DNA of 33,053 bases from Octopus bimaculoides. Lineage: Eukaryota. The DNA is taken from the NCBI RefSeq assembly GCF_001194135.2, contig NC_068997.1, positions 3,774,260 through 3,807,312 on the forward strand, written 5' to 3'. The number at the start of each line of letters is the position of its first letter. Positions within the stretch are counted from its first letter, which is position 1. The translations under genes were made by a program, and so were the position numbers. Of this stretch, positions 1-9,215 are shown piece after piece. The notes below the pieces were generated by a model. The model saw nothing but the letters and a program-made list of their open reading frames with translations. It made no database searches and was not told the DNA's origin.

Positions 1-210
1 CTCATGATCAGAGATGCACATATTGTCAGCCACCAAGGGACATGCTCAACTGGTTAAGGTCAAACAACTGACAAGCAAATCTGTGGTATTAAGCAGAATA
101 TTTGCTGTAGCCCATCTTTTTATACCAAGACAAAACAATGTACATGATAACACTTCCAATCAATTAAGATCAGAAGCCATGAGAGCCACTGCCTGGTACT
201 GCATCAGGGC

Positions 211-212
<2 letters not shown>
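1..212 (+). mobile_element. probable 3' end of a retroposon ending in an (ATT)n tail
   Basis: Non-coding sequence ending GAGAGCCACTGCCTGGTACTGCATCAGGGC directly before a long (ATT)n run. Resembles a recurrent octopus repeat end (recalled, not searched). Confidence 0.35.
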
Positions 213-291
<79 letters not shown>

Positions 292-314
292 CATTATTAT
301 TATTATTATTATCA

Positions 315-345
<31 letters not shown>

Positions 346-352
346 CATTATT
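213..352. repeat. (ATT)n microsatellite with a few ATC variants
   Basis: Seen directly; it produces the poly-Ile ORFs 14..406 and 160..360. Confidence 0.97.
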
Positions 353-879
353 GTCGCCATAGCTAGTGGTATGTTTTTAGAGTTTATGACTAATTCACTT
401 GTTTAAATGGTTCTATACTGTATTTTGTTGTTTAAATCGTTTTGCTAGCCAGCTCTCCTTCCAGAGGACTGACGTTTGTTGACCAAAGCCCCATTTGCGG
501 GGGTGATACAAACTATTTTGTTTTCAAAATTCTTCAAAAATTTGCTTCGAAGAAAGTAAACATTGATGATGGCGACGAAAAGCGGAAGTGAAGAAGGGAG
601 GTGGTATGGCAATTTGCACGCGGACTTCCCCGTCTTCCCCACCATGATTGGCAGTGGACAGCTACGATGAGACTGATAAAAATGGAGATAGCGGCGGGAA
701 AGAGACTTCTGAAAATATCACGGCAGTTAAGGAATTGGCTAATATTTCGCTGGAGAACAAAATAGAAAAACAAAAGAAGGCACAAAAAATATGAAAATGA
801 ATTGAAGGTGAGCACAATTGATGCCTCCAAGAGACGTGCTTTAAGCAACAGCCAAACGGACAGTGGTCTACGGGTGCGC

Positions 880-1315
880 GAACACAAAGTCAAGAAAACG
901 CGAAACTGGAGAACAGGTGGAAAAAGCCTTGAAAGACATATAGCAGGATATCCACCACATTACAAGAGCAAAGCAGTACGGCAGAGTAGAGGTCCTTTTT
1001 AAGACCGAGGGGCAAACGATACAGAGCTGGGTGCTCACGGGTCGTACAGAGGAAATCGGCCTCTTCCCAACGTACATGAGGGAAAAGGGTGGTCCGAATT
1101 ACGGTGCCAAGTGTCCCATCAAATCTGGATTTATGGTGCATTTTCGTCTGTATTTCTACGGACAGTGGAGAGAAACTCCTGGATGTTAAAAGATCGAGAA
1201 CGAAGAAATGGGTTGGGACCTCCCTAGAGGTTCTTCTCCACGTGAAGCGAGAGCATGTAAGAGAAAGTCCCAGAGCTGATTTCCCTCACGATGGTAGTAG
1301 AAATTAAGGGTGAAC
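880..1315 (+). mobile_element. degraded ORF1 of a Tx1/L1-like LINE
   Basis: Joining frames gives EQVEKALKDI*QDIHHITRAKQYGRVEVLFKTE...GLFPTYM / RVVRITVPSVPSNLDL...KWVGTSLEVLLHV, an RRM-like pattern typical of Tx1/L1 ORF1. Contains stops and frameshifts. Confidence 0.45.
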
Positions 1316-1320
1316 GTGGA

Positions 1321-1910
1321 GGGCAGGCACCAAAATGTGACAACTGATGCAGACTTTGTGGAGTTAACACCGAAGATATCACCCACATCATAAGCAGTTG
1401 TCTAAAAATAACATCACGGTATTATCTACCGATGAGACAATATTGTAGCTAGGACACTTTATAACGAGACCGGTCGAGAGGATAACCCCGAGGACAAAGA
1501 AATAAGAACCTACAATATAGTGGAAGCTATAATATAAAGAAGCATTGATGGAATATCCCCGTGAGAACTTCAATAAAATGTAAACACAATAGACCTGATA
1601 TAATGATTTAGGAAAGAGATGAGTAACAGTGTACAATTGTGAAAATCAGCTGCTCAGCGGATGTTAACATAAAGCTGAGATCAGTGAAGAAGAGAATACC
1701 TACGCTGAACTATTGAGAAATCTGCAGTTACTCTATCCAGATTACAAGTTCAGATTTATACCTGTAATTATTGGGGCCCTGGGATATGTAACATACAGCC
1801 TAAATACCAATCTTGAAAAATTAGGCTTCTTAAAAGAAGAAAGGAAAAAGCTGATTCGAAGACTACAGATTAGATCCATCATTCGAACTGTAAAAATCTG
1901 TAAAACTTAC
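1321..1910 (+). mobile_element. R4/Dong-type non-LTR retrotransposon, C-terminal zinc knuckle plus restriction-like endonuclease (pseudogene)
   Basis: DN*CRLCGVNTEDITHIISSC (CCHC knuckle, from 1339), WNIPVRTSIKCKHNRPDIMI (RLE PD motif), and LRNLQLLYPDYKFRFIPVIIGALG...TVKICKT (ORF 1713..1955). Several stops and frameshifts; no 3' tail. Confidence 0.85.
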
Positions 1911-2008
1911 TGTTCGACTGGCTTCACCACTCATTTCAAATCACATCTTCGGTGACTTAACTTCGGATTCACATGCGACAATGTAACGATCATATAATTA
2001 GGCTATCT

Positions 2009-2096
2009 TCGACCTGATGAGTAGCTTGCTGAATATCCCTAATTGAGTAAATATGACATCAAATGATCTTCTCGCTACGAAACATATGTAGCCTGG
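2009..2096 (+). ncRNA. hammerhead ribozyme-like core, probably degenerate
   Basis: CTGATGA 2014-2020; stem II GTAGC 2021-2025 / GCTAC 2074-2078; GAAA 2079-2082; palindromic stem III ACATATGT; GUA cleavage triplet ending at 2090. Stem I pairs poorly. Confidence 0.45.
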
Positions 2097-2358
2097 ATTT
2101 TACCAGCTCCACTAACCTAATATGGATTTTTATTCGCATTGATAGCAACTCTAGTCGCTAAGTATGAGCTGTAGATAAATTTTTTTCTGCGTATCAAATG
2201 TCGATATGGAGCTTACGACATTCGACGTCAATAATTTACGTTCCTGTACATTCCTGTACGTTGCTTTTTATATCTACCAAAGACCGTCGAAGCTTACAAA
2301 CTTTCTACTCTTAGCTCCTTGGATATTCCAACAATTATCTATCTATTTATTTATCTAA

Positions 2359-2530
2359 GTGTGGTAAGAAGCTTGCTGGTGTGTTTATGTCCCCATAACT
2401 TAGTGCTTCGAAGACCGATAGAATAAGTACTAGGCTTACAAAGAATAAGTCCTGGGGTCGATTTCTTCGACTAACACTCTTAAAGGTGGTGCTCCAGCTT
2501 GGCTGCACCCAAAGGACTGAAACACGTACT
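2359..2530 (+). mobile_element. tRNA-derived SINE family A, internally deleted copy
   Basis: Head GTGTGGTAAGAAGCTTGCT is fused to the 3' half (GGTGTGTTTATGTCCCC...GACCGATAGAATAAGTACTAGGCTTACAAAGAATAAGTCCTGGGGTCGA...GACTGAAACA). Both parts align to the full copy at 9893-10290. Confidence 0.8.
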
Positions 2531-2537
2531 AGTATAT

Positions 2538-2792
2538 NNNNNNNNNNNNNNNNNNNNNNNNNNNNNNNNNNNNNNNNNNNNNNNNNNNNNNNNNNNNNNN
2601 NNNNNNNNNNNNNNNNNNNNNNNNNNNNNNNNNNNNNNNNNNNNNNNNNNNNNNNNNNNNNNNNNNNNNNNNNNNNNNNNNNNNNNNNNNNNNNNNNNNN
2701 NNNNNNNNNNNNNNNNNNNNNNNNNNNNNNNNNNNNNNNNNNNNNNNNNNNNNNNNNNNNNNNNNNNNNNNNNNNNNNNNNNNNNNNNNNNN
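2538..2792. other. assembly gap (N run)
   Basis: N run flanked by (TA)n. Confidence 0.99.
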
Positions 2793-2817
2793 TATATATA
2801 TATATATATATATATAT

Positions 2818-2962
2818 GACTACCCTTTTCAGTTTCCATCTACCATAGTCACTAGGCTTTGGTCGACCCGTGGCAAGAGGCAAAGAGTCTTGCCCAGAGT
2901 GCCACGCACTAGGACTGAACCTGGAGCCATGTGATTGGGAAGCAAATTTCTTACCACACACC
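2818..2962 (-). mobile_element. SINE family A, 5' half
   Basis: Reverse complement of head and body (TTTCAGTTTCCATCTACCA...GGACTGAACCTGG...CTTACCACACA); matches 9900-10050 in the opposite orientation. Confidence 0.8.
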
Positions 2963-3154
2963 CAATACACTTTAGCTTAATTAAATTCCCAAATCATTCA
3001 GAACAAGGAAAATGGAAGTCATAGTCCCCACAAAAAATCAAACTAAAGCCAAGCTGATATGCGAAGATTGACAGAGTGTGACAGATGAGGATTTAGGGAG
3101 GCTAAAAGAACTGAAGCGTTACTTGGTAGGACGAATGTACGACAGACAGGCAGT

Positions 3155-3179
3155 GATAAATAGATAGATAGATAGATAG

Positions 3180-3262
<83 letters not shown>
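3155..3262. repeat. compound (GATA)n(GA)n microsatellite
   Basis: Seen directly. Confidence 0.97.
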
Positions 3263-3264
<2 letters not shown>

Positions 3265-3348
3265 TGTAAATATATATATGTTATAATTTAGAACAAATAG
3301 TAGAAACATTATTTACATTATTTTACAATTGACGAACATTAGTTCACA

Positions 3349-4142
3349 ATGGAAAAAGAAAAAGACAATCAGCTAGCATTCCTGGACGTATTAATAACAC
3401 GCACCAAGTATGGATCCAGGACATCCATATACCGCAAACCGACCTTCACTGGACGATACCACAACTTCAATTCCCGCCATCCATACAGTGTAAAGAGAGG
3501 GATTGCTCAGTGCCTAAAACATCGAGCAATGAATATAAGTAGCGATCGTGATACCCACCACGAAGAAATGATCAAGCTCAGTAACAATCTATTAAGCAAC
3601 AACTACCCCAAAATGATACTTTCCACTCCGATTATGAAGAAAAGAGAGGATGAAACCGATAAACTGTCCACAGTGTGTCTACCCTATATGAAACGCCTCT
3701 CCAAAAAGATATGCGGCCCATATGACATCAAGACAGTTTTCAAAAGTAATACAACACTTCACAAATATCTCCTTCGAGTAAAACTACCAATAGAAAAGAA
3801 TATGATTAAGAACTTCATGTACTCCGTCCCATGCAACTGTGGTAGGTTATATAAAGGTGAAACATGTCGCCTCCTCAGAATAAGGGTAGAGGAACATCGC
3901 AAAGCAATGACACGAGGAGATATTGATAAATCGGGCATAGCTGATCATGCATGGAAAAATGGAGACCGCCTCTTCCTGTGAGATGAAGTTAAAATAATGG
4001 ACAGAGAACACCACTGGAAAATAAACTAAAAGAAGCAGCACATATGCTAGGACACAACACCCTCCTAAGCAGACCGAATGCAGATATGAACAACATATGG
4101 GAACCGGTATTAAGGAAGGATAGGAGAATTTTAGATATATAA
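3349..4142 (+). pseudogene. PLE reverse transcriptase thumb plus GIY-YIG endonuclease, disrupted
   Basis: FLDVLITR, YRKPTFTGRYHNFNSRHP, LPYMKRLS, MYSVPCNCGRLYKGETCRLLRIRVEEH (GIY-YIG). After TGA at 3979 the frame continues DEVKIMDREHHWKI; after a frameshift it reads LKEAAHMLGHNTLLSRP...NIWEPVL...DI*, with the stop at 4140-4142. Confidence 0.9.
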
Positions 4143-4171
4143 GCCCTAAAATTCACTCCATAAATGCCTAT

Positions 4172-4240
4172 GGGCATATGGCGTAGTGGTTAAGAGCGCG
4201 GGCTACTAACCTCACGAGTTCGATTCCAGGCAATGACCTG
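4172..4240 (+). promoter_or_regulatory. tRNA-like head with Pol III A and B boxes inside the PLE 3' module
   Basis: A box TGGCGTAGTGG and B box GAGTTCGATTCC at tRNA-like spacing. The anticodon arm is incomplete, so this is not a functional tRNA. Confidence 0.7.
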
Positions 4241-4315
4241 AATAATAATAATAACAATAACAACATCATCGAAAAATACCTTAGGAATGAGAACCCAGGT
4301 TCAAAATTTTCCCAA

Positions 4316-4351
4316 GACACCTGGAGGGTATATCTGCCGAAACGTTGTGTT
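4316..4351 (+). ncRNA. remnant minimal hammerhead ribozyme (core partly deleted)
   Basis: Stem I GACAC 4316-4320 / GTGTT 4347-4351, CTG at 4321, GAAAC at 4339, palindromic AACGTT. The ANGA of the core and the 5' strand of stem II are missing. Confidence 0.5.
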
Positions 4352-4774
4352 AACAACAAACAAGATGAGGACACATGTCCGTCAATTGTAAATAATGTAC
4401 ATAATACTTCTTTAATATACAACTGAAACAGTAGAAAGTTGTCATTATAGTACTCGGAATTTTGAATGTCGGAGCGAAGAGCTACAATGCATTCTCGTGG
4501 GCTATTAATGGCAACGGAGGCTATGAAAAAATGTTGAATAAAAAGGAAGTTACACTAATAGGTAGATTCGGGAAGTCAAAGAGAAAACAATTCGAGGTTA
4601 ACAGTTTGTACCCGTGTTCTAGTTCTTTTTAAAATGTGATGGACACATCGGAACTTGTTGCATTTTAAATCACCCTCCGTAACAAAAATATAAAGCATTC
4701 TCTAACATATACTTCTATGTCTCTTCCAACTATATTAGCTTTTTTAACCATAACTCTTAACCCCTCTTCAACTA

Positions 4775-4796
4775 TGTGTATGTGTGTTTGTTTGTT

Positions 4797-4838
<42 letters not shown>

Positions 4839-4851
4839 TGTGTGTGTGTGT
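4775..4851. repeat. (TG)n microsatellite with TTTG units
   Basis: Seen directly. Confidence 0.95.
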
Positions 4852-5039
4852 AAGGAAGATTCTGGAGAGTCGAGCACCTAACTTTGTTATTGAAAGCTAT
4901 AGTTACTGTAACAACTGAAGGTTGAAGGGCTTAGTTTAGCCGTTCAAAACCTGGTACAAAGCTACTTCTTTCAATACTGCACCCCATTCAATCGTGAAAT
5001 TCAGTCATGGAATGTTGACTTCCGAATTAGTAGGCGGCT

Positions 5040-5195
5040 TCACCCAGTACACTTTGTAACTCTGATTGTCGCTAGGAAAGGAGCGCAGCCGTAGAAAACA
5101 TGACAAATGAGACATCAGAGCCAAAGCAGACAATAGCAGCCTCCTGGCTCTTCGGACCCTACCAAAGTATGCAAAGTATATCAAAGATGATGATA
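5040..5195 (+). mobile_element. SINE fragment (family D), degraded
   Basis: CACCCAGTACACTTTGTAA...AGGAAAGGAGCGCAGCCGTAGAAAAC resembles the AGGAAGGGCATCCAGCCGTAGAAAC motif (V-SINE-like, recalled); ends in a GATGATGAT tail. Confidence 0.4.
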
Positions 5196-5699
5196 ATTAT
5201 TGTGTGTGTATGTGTGTTTGTGTGTGTGCTGTGAGTGTGTTGTGTGTGTGTGTTGTGTGTGTGTTTCTCTATCCGTGTGTCTGTATGTATGTGTACGCGT
5301 GTGTAAAGCATAAAAAGTTTTGGATTTTTACTAAATGTTATCTTGTCAAAATTCCATCTTAGAATGTGTTTTGCTTGCTATGACGTAAACAAAATCGTTC
5401 TTTCCTATCACTCCTACACAATATACAGGTTTGCTCACTGGACTGGAAAGCATTTAGGTTAGTTATTTTTAGATTAGGCGTAAATTCAGAAAACACTGTG
5501 AACTGGGTGCTATGACCTCTTTCCATGCCTTTCCCAGGGGTCATTAGAAACACAAGTGTGCAGCCAGAGATTGCAATAGCGTCAATTATTTTATTTTTAG
5601 ATTCAGTGACGCTTTAACAAAGTTTACTAGTTTAGATATAGATTTTCAATGGGGAATTAAATTTATCTCACTACTTGACCAGTACTTGCTACCGATAAA

Positions 5700-5885
5700 T
5701 AGTTAGTATTTATGACATCCCCTTCCAGCTTTCTAAATTCTGAATTCGTATCGCACTGAGGCCAACTTTACTTTCATCTTTACTCTGGTCGATGAATTAA
5801 ATACCACTCAAGTACTGAGGTCGATGTAACTGACTTTCTCTCTCTACTCAATATTACTGGTCTTGTGCTAAAATTTAAAACCATC
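5700..5885 (+). mobile_element. SINE family B, degraded
   Basis: CTTTACTTTCATC...GGTCGATGAATTAAATACC...CTGAGGTCGATGTAACTGACT...CTTGTGCTAAAATTTAAAACC; similar to 5935-6075 and to the element at 28581-29194. Confidence 0.6.
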
Positions 5886-5934
5886 GTTACTCTTATTCTT
5901 AAAACGATTTCAGAGTTGCATATTCAATAGAGTA

Positions 5935-6075
5935 TCGGACATAATGTACCTCGTGGCGTTTGTTCCAGCTCTTTATGGCCTGAGTTGAAATCCTGCAGAA
6001 GTTATATTCGTCTTTCATTTTCCGGGTTCGATAAAATAAAGTAACAATCAAATATTAGAGTCGATTTAACTGATT
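5935..6075 (+). mobile_element. SINE family B, second degraded copy
   Basis: CTGAGTTGAAATCC...CTTTCATTTTCCGGGTTCGATAAAATAAAGTAAC...GTCGATTTAACTGA. Confidence 0.55.
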
Positions 6076-6081
6076 AATTCT

Positions 6082-6235
6082 AGGTGTGACTGTGTGGTAG
6101 GCACTTTGCTTCTCGACCAAATGTTTCCGAGTTCAGTCCCACTGTGGGCAAATGTCTTTCTCTAATAGCATCGAACCGACCAAAGCGTTGTGAGTTGATT
6201 TAGTAGACGAAAACTGAAAGAAACCTGTCGTTATA
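6082..6235 (+). mobile_element. SINE family A, 5' half running into a gap
   Basis: GTGACTGTGTGGTAG (A box), GAGTTCAGTCCC (B box), GACCAAAGCGTTGTGAGTTGATTTAGTAGACGAAAACTGAAAGAA. Confidence 0.75.
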
Positions 6236-6240
6236 TATAT

Positions 6241-6413
6241 NNNNNNNNNNNNNNNNNNNNNNNNNNNNNNNNNNNNNNNNNNNNNNNNNNNNNNNNNNNN
6301 NNNNNNNNNNNNNNNNNNNNNNNNNNNNNNNNNNNNNNNNNNNNNNNNNNNNNNNNNNNNNNNNNNNNNNNNNNNNNNNNNNNNNNNNNNNNNNNNNNNN
6401 NNNNNNNNNNNNN
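6241..6413. other. assembly gap (N run)
   Basis: N run. Confidence 0.99.
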
Positions 6414-6783
6414 ATAAATTTAGCGTATATTTAAGTACAAAGAGGCAAGCCTTAACAGGTTGCCTAACATACTAGAAAGAACAGTCAAAAAATCCAAACT
6501 ACAGTTAAGAGCAATTTCAAAATTTCGAAGGAACTGAAAAATAAAAACATTTACTATGTTTTATATCTGGACCTCAAGTTTCAAACTTTAATTATCAAAT
6601 AAAATAGTTTGCAAGGCTAAAACATTGATATATAAATTAGAGACCAAAATAACCTGTGTCTCATCCTTATATACTGTAATTTTTGAAAAGCACCGTGCAA
6701 GCGAAGATTCAATCGGCAGCAAGTAAAAGTTCCGATTAAACTTCAAAGATTGGTAAAATCATTTCTTAAAATTAAAATAGGGC

Positions 6784-6953
6784 AGGAAAAATTATAGAAA
6801 TTTTTCCTAATAGTGGCTTAGTATGTATACAAAGTCAATGGGCATATTTTTCATATACATTCAAGTACAAACAGGCAAGCCTTAGCAGGTTCTTTCTATT
6901 GACTTTGTATCCATACTAGGCCACTGGTAGAAAAAGTTTCTATAATTTTTCCT
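6784..6953. repeat. foldback inverted repeat, ~56-bp arms
   Basis: 6784-6839 is the near-exact reverse complement of 6898-6953; the spacer is 58 nt. Confidence 0.9.
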
Positions 6954-6987
6954 ATATATATAGGTGGTGGTAGTGGTGGAGATGGTG

Positions 6988-8162
6988 CTAAAACTGACAT
7001 TCCTCTTGACTTTTTACTGATTTTTCTCTTGACTTAGCTAGTATTTTCCTGCTATCGTCATCATGAGAAACTTTAGTATTGTTGCTCTTAGTGGTAATGG
7101 TCGTAGTAATAGAAATAGTACATCTAAATATTAGTATTATTGTTTATTTAGCTTGGGTTGGAATTTACCAATAATGTTCTTTTCTTCTCTGATTTTAACT
7201 CTCGATTTCACAAGGACTGTGTATGGAAATATTATAAATATTTTCCGACCATATGTTGCAAGATGGTTACTCAAAGGTATCTGATGGACATCTGAGTCTA
7301 ATTTGCCATCAGTTCACACGTTAACGTTCTGAAAGTGCATTTCCAATCTGTCCCACATATAATTCTTCACAATTCGGGCATTTGATGCAGCAAGTTAAAT
7401 TTTTGCTCTTGCATTTCATATTTGCGTTTGTGAATATTTTTCGGGTTTTGTGTTCATATATTGGCCGCTATGTATGAATTGGCATATGCCACATCGGCTA
7501 TCGTTGCTAAGATCAAACTTTGCCTTTGTTAATTTTTTCAAGTTTTTAGGCTATCTTTTACTAAGAACCATAGCTCGAAGCAATGATTGCTAGGTTTGCT
7601 TTGGCAATGTTGAAGATATTCTGGTGACATAGGTTGCGTGTCACTATAAGTGGTATGACCTGTTCTTGTTTTCCTCTCTTTGGGTTATACTCAGTTGTTG
7701 TATGGGTATATTTATAGCCCGCTGTATGCCATTTTCTATAAGTAGAGACAGGTATTTTTGTTTGAGCAAAAATTCTCTTAGTTTTGTTAGGTGTTTATTC
7801 CTGATATTTCCATCTTCTACAATGGTACAAATTCTTCTGGCTACGCAGTATGGGATATTGCAATTTATATATATCGGATGGCGCGATTTGAAATTCAGGT
7901 ATTGATGTGTGTCCGTATGGTTATAATATATATCTGTAGTAATGGTGGTGTCTTTTTAATTACCATTATATCTAGGAATGGTAATTAGTACTAATCATTT
8001 TTGTAAACTGGAGAGATGGCTGTAGGTTGTTCAAGAGGATATTGAATCCTTCCAGAGTATTTAGAAATTCTGTCTAGATTATGAAGCAGTCGTCAAGGTA
8101 TCTCTTCCATGCTTTTTCAAGATACTATCTAAATTCAGTGCTATAGCTTTCCTCTACTTTTT
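6988..8162 (-). mobile_element. 5'-truncated Penelope-like element (Neptune-like): RT catalytic region to GIY-YIG, disrupted
   Basis: Minus-strand translation gives WKRYLDDCFII (RT catalytic DD), LLNNLQPSLQFT, LPFLDIMVIK, TDIYYNHTDTHQYLNFKSRHP, RCGICQFIHSG (CxxC linker), CKSKNLTCCIKCPNCEELYVGQIG (decayed GIY-YIG) and KFQPKLNKQ*, with the stop at 7137-7139. Confidence 0.9.
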
Positions 8163-8268
8163 TAGTGTGGAGAAGGTGTGTGGTGGTGGTGGCGGTGGGG
8201 GGAGATCAAGTGAGTGGTTATGTATAATGATAGGAGGGAGAAAGGGAAGGTGAGGAACGAAAACGAAT

Positions 8269-8342
8269 AGAAGAAGAAGAAGAAGAAGAAGAAGAAGAAG
8301 AAGAAGAAGAAGAAGAAGAAGAAGAAGAAGAAGAAGAAGAAG
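8269..8342. repeat. (GAA)n microsatellite
   Basis: Seen directly. Confidence 0.97.
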
Positions 8343-8459
8343 ATACAGCGGTCAGTGCTGCGAATAGCAAAATGGTTTATCTTGTGGTATGCTGGCGGGG
8401 TATCAGCCAGTAGAGGTTGAGCAATTGTTACCAAAATTCATTCGCTGGAAGACGATGTA

Positions 8460-8559
8460 NNNNNNNNNNNNNNNNNNNNNNNNNNNNNNNNNNNNNNNNN
8501 NNNNNNNNNNNNNNNNNNNNNNNNNNNNNNNNNNNNNNNNNNNNNNNNNNNNNNNNNNN
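8460..8559. other. assembly gap (100 N, likely a placeholder for unknown size)
   Basis: Exactly 100 N. Confidence 0.95.
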
Positions 8560-9179
8560 TTATGTATTTCGTTTAATCGTTCTTTATTTAAATAAAAATC
8601 GTTATAAAATTTTTCGTATTTGAGTAATTATTTTCAACAAACTTCTTTCGTCAACATGTAGTTTTATAAAACGCACAGTGTAAATCGGAAGAAATGAGGT
8701 AAATTTGAATATGAATTGATGCTGAATTAAAACCGGTAGTAAATACAGTCATTCCATAAGGTCATAAAGGTAAAAAGGGGGGAAAATTTCCTAACGGAAC
8801 GCTTCAAAAATTTTTGTCGATTAATCTTCAGAAGTACATGGGCTCCTTCAAGAGTGAACTGCACATAGTCTTTAATATTGTATGAGAAAATCCGAAATGA
8901 AATTACCACATTAGTGCTAAATATAAGTTTCATATCTGTGCTTTTGACTGCTCGAAATAAAACAATATACGAGGGGAATTCGAAAATTATCTGCACTTTC
9001 GGCATAATATATCTTCATTATTGTCAGAATGCCTTTTGCTCAGGCAAGTTTATAGTTGGTTCTATTGTGGTCACATGATTGAGGTTTGAGCCTGATCGTA
9101 CCATTTCTCTTTTTGGTTTAACAGTGTAAGCATGGTCGCACCGTACTCACTTCGCGGTAGTGCGCTGTCCCCATGGCCG

Positions 9180-9181
<2 letters not shown>

Positions 9182-9213
<32 letters not shown>
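9182..9213. repeat. (TG)n microsatellite
   Basis: Seen directly. Confidence 0.95.

Positions 9214-9215
<2 letters not shown>

Larger units (their letters stand above)
3303..4410 (+). mobile_element. 5'-truncated Penelope-like element (Poseidon-like) with inverted 5' terminus
   Basis: RT C-terminal region plus GIY-YIG coding remnant, followed by a 3' terminal module. 3303-3343 is an inverted copy of 4371-4410. Confidence 0.9.

Noticed and set aside
14-406. 130-aa poly-Ile ORF, and similar poly-Phe, YIYI, CVCV and HTHT ORFs elsewhere
   Set aside because: These are translations of microsatellites.
3979-3981. In-frame TGA as selenocysteine or readthrough in the PLE ORF
   Set aside because: The position is where a Trp (TGG) is expected, and a frameshift follows about 45 bp later, so ordinary decay explains it.
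4172-4240. tRNA genes here and at 28715, 9893 and 6082
   Set aside because: A and B boxes are present, but there is no complete cloverleaf and the heads continue into retroposon bodies.
7031-7066. Hammerhead at the 3' end of the Neptune-like PLE (minus strand TGATGA plus a possible stem II)
   Set aside because: The core C is altered and no GAAA/stem III follows; too degraded to support.
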